A stretch of 9,023 nt of DNA from the NCBI GenBank assembly GCA_004322425.1, contig SCVJ01000105.1, positions 1-9,023 on the forward strand, written 5' to 3'. The translations under genes and the position numbers were made by a program. This document shows positions 1-7,390 of this stretch, piece by piece. Within the stretch, counting starts at the first letter, position 1, and the number at the start of each line of letters is the position of its first letter. The notes under the pieces are model-generated. The model had not been told where the DNA came from. It ran no database searches and worked only from the letters and a program-made list of their open reading frames with translations. The DNA is from Chitinophagaceae bacterium (GTDB lineage: Bacteria; Bacteroidota; Bacteroidia; Chitinophagales; Chitinophagaceae).

Positions 1-754
1 CGGCGTGGGTCTTCGGGTCGGCGAGCTGGTTCATCGCCATGGTCGCAGCCATGGCTGACTTCTTCGTGTTGCCGAGCACCGAGTTGGTCAAGCCGACGAC
101 GGCGAGCGTGTCGTCGAAGCTGGCGCCGATGAGCTTGGCCGCCCCGATGGTGGGCATGATGGCGGGCTCGAGCTCGCTGGCGGTGAGCCCGAACGCCTTC
201 ATGGAGAAGGCCATCTTGTCGACGAACTTTTGCGCGTCCTTGGACGAGCCCCCGAAGCCAGCGACGGCGTCGGCGAGGAAGCCCGCCGCCTGCGCCCCCT
301 GCATCCCCGTAATCTTGGCGAGGTTCAGGGAGGGCGCGAGCTCGTTCACAGCGTCGTCGGCGTTGCCGGTCTCGTTGGCCAGGGTCGCCAGCGTCTCGGC
401 CTGCTCGGTGAACGAGAACCCCTTCTTGGCGAGGTCGAGGTTCTTCGCCGCGTTGCGGAGCTTCTCAATCTCCTCGGTGGTGCCGCCCGTGAAGGCGCCC
501 GCCTTGGCGATGGCCGTCTCGAAGTTGCCCGCGTGGTACGCGAGGCCGCCCATGGCGGCGAGGCCAGCGATGCCGGCCCCCATCATCTTCATCCCGATGT
601 CCTTGACCTTGCCCCCAGCCTCGTCGAGGGAGACCCCGGCGTCGTCGCCCTTCTTCGACATGACGCCGAGCGACTTGCCCACCTTCTGGAACACGGCAGA
701 GGCCATGTCCTTCGCGGCGACGAGGAATCCCAACCCCTGGTTATTAAGAGCCAT
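1..754 (-). CDS. Tail tape measure protein, N-terminal part (runs off the left edge of the window)
   Basis: Absent from the supplied track because it is open at the window edge. My translation from ATG 754..752 is MALNNQGLGFLVAAKDMASAVFQKVGKSLGVMSKKGDDAGVSLDEAGGKVKDIGMKMMGAGIAGLAAMGGLAYHAGNFETAIAKAGAFTGGTTEEIEKLRNAAKNLDLAKKGFSFTEQAETLATLANETGNADDAVNELAPSLNLAKITGMQGAQAAGFLADAVAGFGG... with no stop down to position 2. It has strong G/C-ending codon bias. A hydrophobic segment is followed by an A-FTG--EE---L region, which resembles TP901/PhageMin_Tail-type tape measure N-termini. The position downstream of the tail chaperone genes fits. The plus-strand ORF 39..1346 is its antisense shadow in this region. 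Confidence 0.8.
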   Translation of the reverse strand, partial: MALNNQGLGFLVAAKDMASAVFQKVGKSLGVMSKKGDDAGVSLDEAGGKVKDIGMKMMGAGIAGLAAMGGLAYHAGNFETAIAKAGAFTGGTTEEIEKLRNAAKNLDLAKKGFSFTEQAETLATLANETGNADDAVNELAPSLNLAKITGMQGAQAAGFLADAVAGFGGSSKDAQKFVDKMAFSMKAFGLTASELEPAIMPTIGAAKLIGASFDDTLAVVGLTNSVLGNTKKSAMAATMAMNQLADPKTHA

Positions 755-788
755 GGTGCCCCATTGTTCCCGTGGTATGGGGTGGCTT

Positions 789-1346
789 ATGCAGGTCGAG
801 CGGTGGGTTCCTGTTCCAGGCTACGAGGGCGTCTACTCCGTGTCCGAGCTCGGCAACGTGCGCGTCGAGGTGGACCGCCACAACATCAAAGCGGGGAAGC
901 ACCTTCGACAGACACCCGACCGAGACGGCTACCTGTCTGTCACCCTCAGCGCCGACGGCAAGAGGCAGAAGTCCCACCGGGTGGCGCTCCTGGTTCTGGC
1001 TGGTTTCACGGGGCCGTGCCCGCGTGGCTACGAGTCGAACCACAAGAACGGAAGACGCAACGACAACCGCCACGAGAACCTTGAGTACTCGACGAAGGCC
1101 GAGAACGTGAAGCATTCCATTCAAGCGCTCGGTCGGGATTACCGCGGAGCGAAGAACCCCAGCGCGCGCTTGAGCGAAGACCAGGTGGTCAGCCTTCGGC
1201 ACCGCGCGGCGAGTGGTGAGAGCTTCACAGCGCTCGGCGAGGCGTTCGACGTGAGCAAGACGATGGCGCGTCTGATTGCTACGGGGCGCGCCTGGACGAA
1301 CACCGGCGGTCCCCGCGTTGAGCCCCCCGGCAAGGGACGACGGTAG
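789..1346 (+). CDS. Free-standing HNH homing endonuclease (NUMOD4 + HNH_3 + C-terminal HTH-like region)
   Basis: This is the C-terminal part of track ORF 39..1346. MQVERWVPVPGYEGVYSVSELGNVRV matches the NUMOD4 pattern (W-x-IPGYEGxYxVSxxGxVRS). DGYLSVTL...KSHRVALLVLAGF...ESNHKNGRRNDNRHENLEYSTKAENVKH matches the HNH_3 pattern. AKNPSARLSEDQVVSLRHRAASGESFTALGEAFDVSKTMARLIATGRAW resembles the HTH tail common in these phage endonucleases. ATG 789 has GGGGTGG upstream; in-frame alternative starts are ATG 753 and 777. It is the only plus-strand gene in the window. Confidence 0.88.
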   Translation: MQVERWVPVPGYEGVYSVSELGNVRVEVDRHNIKAGKHLRQTPDRDGYLSVTLSADGKRQKSHRVALLVLAGFTGPCPRGYESNHKNGRRNDNRHENLEYSTKAENVKHSIQALGRDYRGAKNPSARLSEDQVVSLRHRAASGESFTALGEAFDVSKTMARLIATGRAWTNTGGPRVEPPGKGRR

Positions 1347-1365
1347 GTTCAGTGCCATCGAGCAC

Positions 1366-2354
1366 CTACTTGCGTCGGTGAGCGGCGTTGATGGCGCGTG
1401 CCTCGCGTTCGCGTTGGGTCTGAATGCGTTCGACGAGCCATGAGAGCTCGGAGAAGTCTAGCTCAAGCGTGTCCAGCCAGGAGCATTGAAGGTGCGACCC
1501 CCCGTGCACCCCGTACGCGACCTGGAAGCGCGCTTCGAGAAGGTCCTCTGGGTCGAGGGGCTGGAAGAGCCCCCAGCCCCCTATTCGTGGGTCGCCGTCG
1601 TCGTCGACTTCTTCTTCGCCCTCGGCAGGAAGAAGTCGCGACCTAAAGGGAGCGAGACCTGCTGAACGGTGCCGCACTTCGGGCACTCGACGTCGATGTC
1701 CGTGGAGACGCCGCCGTCGGCCTCGTCGAAGATGTCGAGGAGCCGCATGAGCTCGCGCATCTCCATGTTCTCGAGGTACGCGCGCTTGAGTGCGGGCTTC
1801 TTGGAGTCGACGCCCTCAATCTCCAGGATGCGGGCGGAGAGCGCGGCGACGATGAGCTGGCTCTGGCTGGCGCGCAGGATGTTCGCAGCGGCCATCTCCC
1901 CCGCCCCGTCTTGGAGCTTGAACCAGCACTTCAAGCCGTCGTCGAGGGTCGTCTCGAACTTGTTCTCGCCCGCCTTCAGGATGTCGATGCTGGACTGCGG
2001 GAGCTCCTTCACGGGCAGGTCGCTGAGGTTCAGCTCCCACTCGATGGTCTCGCCGCACATCCCGTTCTGGCACTGGACCTTGAAGCTGTACTCGTCGCCG
2101 TACGTGGCCGCCCGAATCTTGAGCATCGTCCAGAAGCGGTCGCAGACCAGCACCTTGCTCCAGTCGACGGGGCCACCGTTGAGCCAGGAGTAGGGGCCGG
2201 GGTCAACCGTGTTGAGCCAGCACCCGGCAAGGATGCCCTCGAAGGCGATGCCCTTCTTGAGGGCCACGCGGTCGGCGAGGAGGTTGGCTTCCTTTGCTTT
2301 GAAGCCCCGCACCTCTCCCTTGAGGGAGCTGGGGCACGTGATGATTGTCGGCAT
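1366..2354 (-). CDS. Tail assembly chaperone, -1 frameshift fusion product (GT-like), predicted 329 aa
   Basis: Track ORF 1366..1686 (-) is exactly in the -1 frame relative to 1581..2354 (-) and is open across the heptamer C_CCT_TTA (1650..1644). Slipping there gives ...VSLPL/RSRLLPAEGEEEVDDDGDPRIGGWGLFQPLDPEDLLEARFQ...RIQTQREREARAINAAHRRK. That is 237 aa in the zero frame plus 92 aa in the -1 frame. This matches the conserved G/GT (P2 E/E+E', Mu gp41/42) arrangement in long-tailed phages. Confidence 0.6.
1581..2354 (-). CDS. Tail assembly chaperone, zero-frame product (G-like), unusually large with a split 4-Cys zinc ribbon
   Basis: Track ORF of 257 aa. It lies immediately downstream of the tube gene and upstream of the tape measure gene, the conserved slot for tail chaperones. 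GAGGG sits 7 nt upstream of the ATG. Cys95/Cys100 (CQNGMC) and Cys224/Cys227 (CPKC) form a likely zinc ribbon. It overlaps a -1 frame ORF at a slippery heptamer (see the frameshift feature). The functional assignment rests on synteny plus the frameshift architecture, not on a recognised family. Confidence 0.6.
   Translation of the reverse strand: MPTIITCPSSLKGEVRGFKAKEANLLADRVALKKGIAFEGILAGCWLNTVDPGPYSWLNGGPVDWSKVLVCDRFWTMLKIRAATYGDEYSFKVQCQNGMCGETIEWELNLSDLPVKELPQSSIDILKAGENKFETTLDDGLKCWFKLQDGAGEMAAANILRASQSQLIVAALSARILEIEGVDSKKPALKRAYLENMEMRELMRLLDIFDEADGGVSTDIDVECPKCGTVQQVSLPLGRDFFLPRAKKKSTTTATHE
1605..1650 (-). promoter_or_regulatory. -1 programmed ribosomal frameshift signal: slippery heptamer CCCUUUA, 5-nt spacer, 10-bp stem-loop
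   Basis: Read on the minus strand, CCCTTTA occupies 1650..1644 with zero-frame phasing C_CCT_TTA, followed by the spacer GGTCG (1643..1639). The stem arm CGACTTCTTC (1638..1629) pairs perfectly with GAAGAAGTCG (1614..1605) across a 14-nt loop. CCT and TTA are A/T-ending codons in a gene set with strong G/C-ending preference. Confidence 0.65.
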
Positions 2355-2420
2355 GGTCTAACCCTCGTGCGGTAGGGCGGAACGAAAGCGGCGGGAAGTA
2401 GAGAGTGACGGTCCCTACTC

Positions 2421-2879
2421 CTACGCCTTGTCGAAGAAGTCGTACGTGAGCGTGACCGACTCGATGACGTTCTCGTCGGCCTCGTTGTCCCACTCGCCCG
2501 CCACGAACTTCGTCGGCCAGGCGCCCGTGAGCCGCCAGCGGCGGAGCGTCTTGCCGTCGCGGTCTTGCTGCACGATGTCGAGGTTGCGCTTGTATTGCGC
2601 GTCGACGAGGCCGGAGTTCGCGGCGATGTTCGCCACCTGCTTCAACCAGTTGAAGAGGTCCTCGTCCTTCGTTGCGCCGCGCTCGAGCGTGACGTCTGAG
2701 AACGTGGCACGCCCAGGGCTCTTGTCGGGGATGAGCGAGCCTCCCTCGCTGTACTCGACCTTCGCAATCTCGACCGACAGCTCCGAGCACTTCTGGAAAC
2801 CAGTGTGCGCAACGCTGTCGATTTCGATGATGAACTTGAACTTCTTGTGGAAGCTCCTGGGCTGCCCAATGACCGCCAT
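2421..2879 (-). CDS. Tail tube protein (T4 gp19-like / PF06841 'phage tail region protein' type)
   Basis: Track ORF of 152 aa: [82 protein letters not shown]...[37 protein letters not shown]. It follows the hallmark pattern of this tube family (F-V-I-G--F--vsGL--E-eviEY-EGG---P-K-PG---f-nvtL-RG---d--l--W ... W-l--awP-k------a-----iEsl-L-y). A perfect AAGGAGA SD lies 7 nt upstream of the ATG. It sits directly downstream of the sheath gene. Confidence 0.9.
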   Translation of the reverse strand: MAVIGQPRSFHKKFKFIIEIDSVAHTGFQKCSELSVEIAKVEYSEGGSLIPDKSPGRATFSDVTLERGATKDEDLFNWLKQVANIAANSGLVDAQYKRNLDIVQQDRDGKTLRRWRLTGAWPTKFVAGEWDNEADENVIESVTLTYDFFDKA

Positions 2880-2905
2880 GGTTCGTTCTCCTTACCTCGG
2901 CGACC

Positions 2906-5167
2906 TTACGCCGCCAGCTCCTCTTCGAGTGCTCGCGTATCCTGCGAGAAGCGCAGGACGATGAATTCGGCAGGCTTGTTCGTTGCGATGCCGATGCGCC
3001 CGATGAGCTGGCCAGCGAACTGGACGCTCGGCGGGTTGAGGGCATCGCCGAAGTCCACGAAGAAGGCGGTGTTCGGGTCGTTGGTGCGGAACGCACCGTT
3101 CTTCATCTGGATGAGCAAGAACGTCTGCACCGTTCGAGCGACGACGTTGCGGAGGTTCTCGTTGTTGTTCTGGTGACGCGCAAACTGGAGACCGGACTTG
3201 ATGCTCTGCTCGATGAAGATGGCGCCGCGTCGCTCCGCCACCGTCGGGAAGTTGCCGTTGCCCTTGAGCGTGCGTGCGCCGTCGATGTGGCGGGGCGCCC
3301 CGGGGAAGACCGTGAGCGGGTTGATGCGCTTCGGGAACACGAGGTCCCGCTTCGCCTCTTCCAGCACCTCGTCGGTCTCGAAGCCCAGCACGCCGAGGAG
3401 CTGCCCGTTCTCGATACCCGCGGGGGGCACGTACACGCCACCCGGTCGGCTGCCATCGATGCGCGAGTACACGCCTGCGATGTGGCCGGAGGGCGGGACG
3501 GTAATCTGGTCCGAGTTGCCGAACACCGACTTGCTCGGGTTCAGCACCTTGACGCGCGGCCAGTAAGCCGCGCCGAACTCCGAGAGGCCCAGCACCGCGG
3601 CCGTCGTCTCGAAGTAGGTGATGATTCCCGTCGCCGACTGATTGGCGGGCGGGTCGAGGACGGCGAAGACCTGCTTGTCCCGCGTGACCTCGGTGTAGGT
3701 GAGCATCGCGTTGTGCACCGCGCTGGTTGCGCGACCAGGAACGGCGAGCAGCGAGAGGTCCTGCACCGTGTCGAGCGTGCGGATGCCCGTCTTGCCGTTG
3801 GCCCCGCTCGCGCCGGTGAAGTCGGTGTCGGCGAGGCTGGTGAGTCCGTCGTTGCCACCCGAGAGGAAGGCGGAGACGACCGGGGTCGTGTCGTCGCCGT
3901 CCGGGCGGTCGCCGAGAACGGTGCCCGTGTTCGCGTCGAGGTCGACCGCGGCCACGAGCTTCGAGCCACTCGTCACGTGGTTGACCACCGTCTCGACGTA
4001 GTTCGTCGCGGCGTCGTCCATCGTGAGGTTCGGGAACACCTCGACGACGAGACCGTTGAGCAGGATGCTCAGGTTGAACTCTGCCGCGGTGCCCGACGTG
4101 GCGCTGGTGATGCGCGCCTTGATGCCGTGTGCGTACGTGCCGTCGTACTTGCCCTTGATGCGGAGCGTGGCAACGGCTGCGCCGGTGCCGCCCGCGTGGA
4201 CCGCGTTGTCGAGGCCGAGCTCGTCGTCGGCGGTGGACGAGGCGTCGACCTGCACCGTGGCGCCTGCACCCGTCGTGTTGCGGGTGATGCGCACGCGGCC
4301 CGCGTCGTTGGTCACGGTGATGCCCGCGACCGCTGCCTCGACGATGGTCTTCACTTCGGCGACCGTCACGGCGTCGATGTTGGCGACGTTGCCGGTACCG
4401 TTGTTGACCGCGGTGTTGAAGGCGAGCCCGACGTTGGCCGAGCCACCCGTGACCTCGATGCTCGAGGAGGTGCCGCGCTTGTCGCTCGTGATGGTGACCT
4501 TGGTCCCGCCCGAGGTGACCGTTGCCTTGGCGCCGCTGAGCTTGGCGTTGATGACCGCGGCGACTTCCTCAGCCGTCGCAGCACCGATGCTCACGAACTC
4601 CGCCGTGAGGAAGGTCACGGTCTGCGCCGGGGCGCCGTCGACCTTGACGGTCAGAACTTCGTTGTTCGCCAGGACGAAGGGCTCGGCGTTGCCAGACTCA
4701 CGGAAGCCGGCCGTCGCGTTGAACGTGGCCGTCGTGGGCGAGATGGCGTCGGTGTCGACGACAAGCGTGTCGGCGGGCTCGAGGTCGAACGGGCCGACCA
4801 CCGTACCGAGCACGGTGCCACCGAACGGGGCAGCCGAGTCGGAGAGGAGGTCCACCTGCGCGGCGGCAGACGTCTTCGTGGAGGGGGTGAGGATGTCGGT
4901 GTAGTGCACCGTCCTCGTCACCCACGCGGTGGTCCCGCCGTTCGTGAAGAAGCCGTCCATCGCCTGCGCGAGGTCACCGTTGACGGTGTAGCCCCCGAAG
5001 ATGTTGACGTACTCCTCGAACGAGGAAACGAGAGTGGCAACCCCTACCGGCCCACGCTCGGTCACGCCGACAACCCCAAGAACTGCGGTGGGGACGCCCG
5101 CTACGTTGCGGACGCGGGGCTCCTCTTCGACGATGACAATCTTGGACGCGAGCAGTTGGTTGCTCAT
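2906..5167 (-). CDS. Contractile tail sheath protein with enlarged, internally repeated insertion domain
   Basis: Track ORF of 753 aa. The N-terminus ([47 protein letters not shown]) and the C-terminal half (AAYWPRVKV...[39 protein letters not shown]...[21 protein letters not shown]) match conserved sheath motifs (YYPW / PPSG-vAG-y---D--rGV-KAPAG / iN-i). It lies immediately upstream of the tube gene. Confidence 0.95.
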   Translation of the reverse strand: MSNQLLASKIVIVEEEPRVRNVAGVPTAVLGVVGVTERGPVGVATLVSSFEEYVNIFGGYTVNGDLAQAMDGFFTNGGTTAWVTRTVHYTDILTPSTKTSAAAQVDLLSDSAAPFGGTVLGTVVGPFDLEPADTLVVDTDAISPTTATFNATAGFRESGNAEPFVLANNEVLTVKVDGAPAQTVTFLTAEFVSIGAATAEEVAAVINAKLSGAKATVTSGGTKVTITSDKRGTSSSIEVTGGSANVGLAFNTAVNNGTGNVANIDAVTVAEVKTIVEAAVAGITVTNDAGRVRITRNTTGAGATVQVDASSTADDELGLDNAVHAGGTGAAVATLRIKGKYDGTYAHGIKARITSATSGTAAEFNLSILLNGLVVEVFPNLTMDDAATNYVETVVNHVTSGSKLVAAVDLDANTGTVLGDRPDGDDTTPVVSAFLSGGNDGLTSLADTDFTGASGANGKTGIRTLDTVQDLSLLAVPGRATSAVHNAMLTYTEVTRDKQVFAVLDPPANQSATGIITYFETTAAVLGLSEFGAAYWPRVKVLNPSKSVFGNSDQITVPPSGHIAGVYSRIDGSRPGGVYVPPAGIENGQLLGVLGFETDEVLEEAKRDLVFPKRINPLTVFPGAPRHIDGARTLKGNGNFPTVAERRGAIFIEQSIKSGLQFARHQNNNENLRNVVARTVQTFLLIQMKNGAFRTNDPNTAFFVDFGDALNPPSVQFAGQLIGRIGIATNKPAEFIVLRFSQDTRALEEELAA

Positions 5168-5181
5168 GTTCTACGTCTCCT

Positions 5182-5562
5182 TCAGCCCCTTCGGGTCCTC
5201 ATCCTATGCTCTCCCGATGGTGCGGTCATCGGCGTGGTTTTCTCTGGCGTCGACTGAGCTTGCGGCTTCGCCGGTGCCTTTGGCTGATGTTGTATCACCC
5301 TCAGGGTGCCGCGGTCGATGGCCGCCTTTACGTCGCGGACCTGGAGCACCTGGTCCGGCATCTCCTTCGATTCGCCTGCCAGGAGGGTCAGGGACCCGGC
5401 GAGCTTGCGCTCGATGTGCCTGACACCACGGGTGCCGTCCGGTAGCTCCTCGGTGAGCTGCGTCGTGATGGCTTGGCAGCCACACTCGGCCTCGGTGCAG
5501 AACTCCTTGTGCGGGAGGTTGAAGACTTCGATGCCCTTCTTGCGGTTCGTCAGCGTGACCAT
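5182..5562 (-). CDS. Hypothetical virion-module protein (126 aa): compact N-terminal domain plus P/A/K/Q-rich disordered tail
   Basis: Track ORF with G/C-ending codon usage. AGGTGA lies 3-4 nt upstream of the ATG. It is packed between the IPT/TIG protein (7-nt gap) and the sheath (14-nt gap). I recognise no family. The overlapping ORFs 5204..5569 (-) and 5206..5445 (+) look like frame shadows. Confidence 0.6.
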   Translation of the reverse strand: MVTLTNRKKGIEVFNLPHKEFCTEAECGCQAITTQLTEELPDGTRGVRHIERKLAGSLTLLAGESKEMPDQVLQVRDVKAAIDRGTLRVIQHQPKAPAKPQAQSTPEKTTPMTAPSGEHRMRTRRG

Positions 5563-5569
5563 GGTTCAC

Positions 5570-6661
5570 CTAGCCCGGGCTCGGTCCGGGCGGTTTCCCC
5601 GGTGCGAGCTGTTCGATGGTAACTCCGCCGGCTCCTGGTGCGGGGGCAGGGCCGGGCGGGATTGGCGGTGCTGGCGTGACGCCCGGCACGCTGCCGAGGA
5701 TGATAGGCGAGGGCAGTAGACCGTCGACGCCAACGGTGCCGCTCGGAACGACGTCCACGAGAGCCGCCGTCTGGACTTGCGCCATGTCTGGGTCGTCGAT
5801 GTCGAAGCCACGAATCGCGAACGTACCAGAGAAGTTTCGCACGTTCGAGTTGTTCGGTCCGCCCTGCACGTCGAAGTCCCCATCGGGCTCAATCTCCATT
5901 TCGTACTCGACCTGCTCGCCATTGGGCAAAGCAACGTCGCGCGGTATCCGAAGCACCTTGTTCCGCTGGAAGAAGCCGACGGTCTCCTTCATGAGGTTGA
6001 GCAGTCGAGGGGTGCTGTCGTCGACACCGATGAGCGTGAACACGAGGTCGACCGTGTAGGGCGGTCGAAGGTCCTGGTATTGCCCACCGCCCAAGCTCCG
6101 CACGCGCGGTTCGTTCATCGAGAAGAAGCGGTTCTCCCTGAGCGCGGGGCCGGAGAGCACGAGGCCGGGCAGCGTGGAGAGCATGGCCACGTTCGCACCG
6201 CTGGGGCTGTCGTCGTAGTCGGTGTGGACGGTGAGCTCCACGTTGTCGACCACCTGACGGCGCAGCTCGAGGATGAGGTTGCGCACGAGGCGCGTGAAGT
6301 CGCTCTCGTTCGTCGGCCCCGTGTTGAGGTCAGGGCGCGCGAAGGTGAAGGCACCCACCGACGTGACCGTCTCGGCACCAACGAGCACGCCGTTCTGGTC
6401 GATGTTGCGCACCACCACGTCGACGAGGCCCGCGTCGTGGATGGGCGTGGTGACGTGGAGCAGTCCGGTGGTGAGCACGCGGACGTCGGTGCCCTTCACC
6501 CCGCCAAAGAGAACCTCAACGCTGGGGTTCGGCGGTGTCGTGACTCCGAACGGTGCGGGTGCGGGCGGTAGCTGGAAGTTCGTGCCTGCGATGGCGACGA
6601 GCCGCTTGCCCCCCGTGAGGCCCGCGTTGGGCGTGACGCTGGAGATGGTAGGGACCGGCAT
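5570..6661 (-). CDS. IPT/TIG (Ig-like) domain fused to a neck/tail-terminator-like body, with P/G-rich C-terminal tail
   Basis: Track ORF of 363 aa. The N-terminus PTISSVTPNAGLTGGKRLVAIAGTNFQ...VEVLFGGVKGTDVRVLTTGLLHVTTPIHDAGLVDVVVRN fits the IPT/TIG pattern (P-I-sv-P--G---GG--v-i-G-nF ... V-fgg------v-s-t-l---tP----G-vdV-V-N). The rest (PYTVDLVFTLIGVDDSTPRLLNLMKETVGFF...) occupies the slot just upstream of the sheath where tail terminator/completion proteins normally lie. The terminator function is inferred from position only. The C-terminus PGVTPAPPIPPGPAPAPGAGG...PGKPPGPSPG is low complexity. Confidence 0.7.
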   Translation of the reverse strand: MPVPTISSVTPNAGLTGGKRLVAIAGTNFQLPPAPAPFGVTTPPNPSVEVLFGGVKGTDVRVLTTGLLHVTTPIHDAGLVDVVVRNIDQNGVLVGAETVTSVGAFTFARPDLNTGPTNESDFTRLVRNLILELRRQVVDNVELTVHTDYDDSPSGANVAMLSTLPGLVLSGPALRENRFFSMNEPRVRSLGGGQYQDLRPPYTVDLVFTLIGVDDSTPRLLNLMKETVGFFQRNKVLRIPRDVALPNGEQVEYEMEIEPDGDFDVQGGPNNSNVRNFSGTFAIRGFDIDDPDMAQVQTAALVDVVPSGTVGVDGLLPSPIILGSVPGVTPAPPIPPGPAPAPGAGGVTIEQLAPGKPPGPSPG

Positions 6662-6679
6662 ACCGGCCCCAAGCCTACT

Positions 6680-7390
6680 CTACTTCCCCTTCCCTCGACG
6701 AGTGGCCCAGCCCTTCTTCGCCGCCGCGCTGTAGTCGCGCACCTTGCCACCAACGACTCCGCCACCCCCGCCACCCGCACCGGCAACGGGCGAGGGGCCG
6801 CCAACCTCCGCACCACCTTCGGGCGTGCCGAGCTTGCCCCCGAGGGCGGTGAGGATGCGCGCCATGAACCGCTTCGGAATCTTCGGCTGCTCTCGCTCCC
6901 ACACCGGCGCGACGAAGGGGCGGGGCGGGATGTGGATGACGAGGATGCCCGTGTCGCTCGAGCCGAAGGCGCCGCTCGGCAGGCGTGGGCCCACCTGCTC
7001 GGGCAAGGCGGCGTGAAGAAACTTCCGCATCTTGTCCGTCATGCGCATCGTGATGACGCGCCCGTTCTCGTGGATGTCGGCGAGGCGCGCGCCGGCCGAG
7101 CTCGCGGGCACACCCACGAAGGCTTCGTGCTTGCCCTTCTGCACGACGCCGATGCTGCCCTTCAGGTTGCCCGTGCGTTGGAGCGGTTTGCTCCCGCCCC
7201 CGCGGGTCTTCACGGTGAGCGGCGAGAGGGCGGGCTTCACCCGACCGAACTGCTTCACAATCTGGCCGCGCAGGTACTCGGCCTCCCCCATGACGGCGGT
7301 CTGGATGGCAGCGTCGAGCTCCGACGGCAGCACCTTCAGGAGCTTCGCCGCTTGGTCCCAGTCGCCAACCTTCTTGACGGTGAGGCCCAT
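6680..7390 (-). CDS. Head-tail/tail completion protein, HK97 gp10 / Mu G (virion morphogenesis) like, with Gly-rich basic C-terminal tail
   Basis: Track ORF of 236 aa. ...ALSPLTVKTRGGGSKPLQRTGNLKGSIGVVQKG...FVGVPASS...ADIHENG...IPPRPFVAP resembles the family pattern (L---T-------LqdtG-L--Si ... vG-------YA--hefG ... iPaRPFl). Its ATG shares one base with the upstream stop (TGATG at 7392..7388). The alternative-frame ORF 6675..7505 is Arg-rich and implausible. Confidence 0.65.
   Translation of the reverse strand: MGLTVKKVGDWDQAAKLLKVLPSELDAAIQTAVMGEAEYLRGQIVKQFGRVKPALSPLTVKTRGGGSKPLQRTGNLKGSIGVVQKGKHEAFVGVPASSAGARLADIHENGRVITMRMTDKMRKFLHAALPEQVGPRLPSGAFGSSDTGILVIHIPPRPFVAPVWEREQPKIPKRFMARILTALGGKLGTPEGGAEVGGPSPVAGAGGGGGGVVGGKVRDYSAAAKKGWATRRGKGK

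Noticed and set aside
39-776. N-terminal about 245 aa of the 435-aa plus-strand ORF 39..1346
   Set aside because: It is the antisense shadow of the tape measure gene. The translation is Ala/Ser/Pro-rich and low complexity with no motif. The recognisable HNH protein only begins at about 777-789, while the minus strand here encodes a convincing tape measure N-terminus.
744-1358. 204-aa minus-strand ORF opposite the HNH gene
   Set aside because: It is antisense to a well-supported NUMOD4/HNH coding frame, and its translation is Arg/Ala/Leu-rich without motifs. The tape measure start is better placed at ATG 754.
2355-2420. Inverted repeat GTAGGG...CCCTAC in the 66-nt tube-chaperone spacer as an attenuator or terminator
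   Set aside because: It has only 6 bp enclosing a loop of about 38 nt, with no U-tract and no stable internal hairpin. That is too weak to call.
2203-3096. 297-aa minus-strand ORF overlapping the chaperone, tube and sheath 3' end; likewise 6675..7505 (276 aa)
   Set aside because: These are Arg/Pro/His-rich alternative frames that cross several well-supported genes and intergenic RBS regions. They are high-GC frame artefacts.
3173-5257. 694-aa plus-strand ORF (plus 3198..3566, 3699..4001, 4023..4904 and several minus-strand alternative frames)
   Set aside because: All lie within the sheath gene. The translations are Arg/Gly/Asp/Val-rich and typical of open off-frames in high-GC DNA, whereas the sheath frame has clear family motifs.
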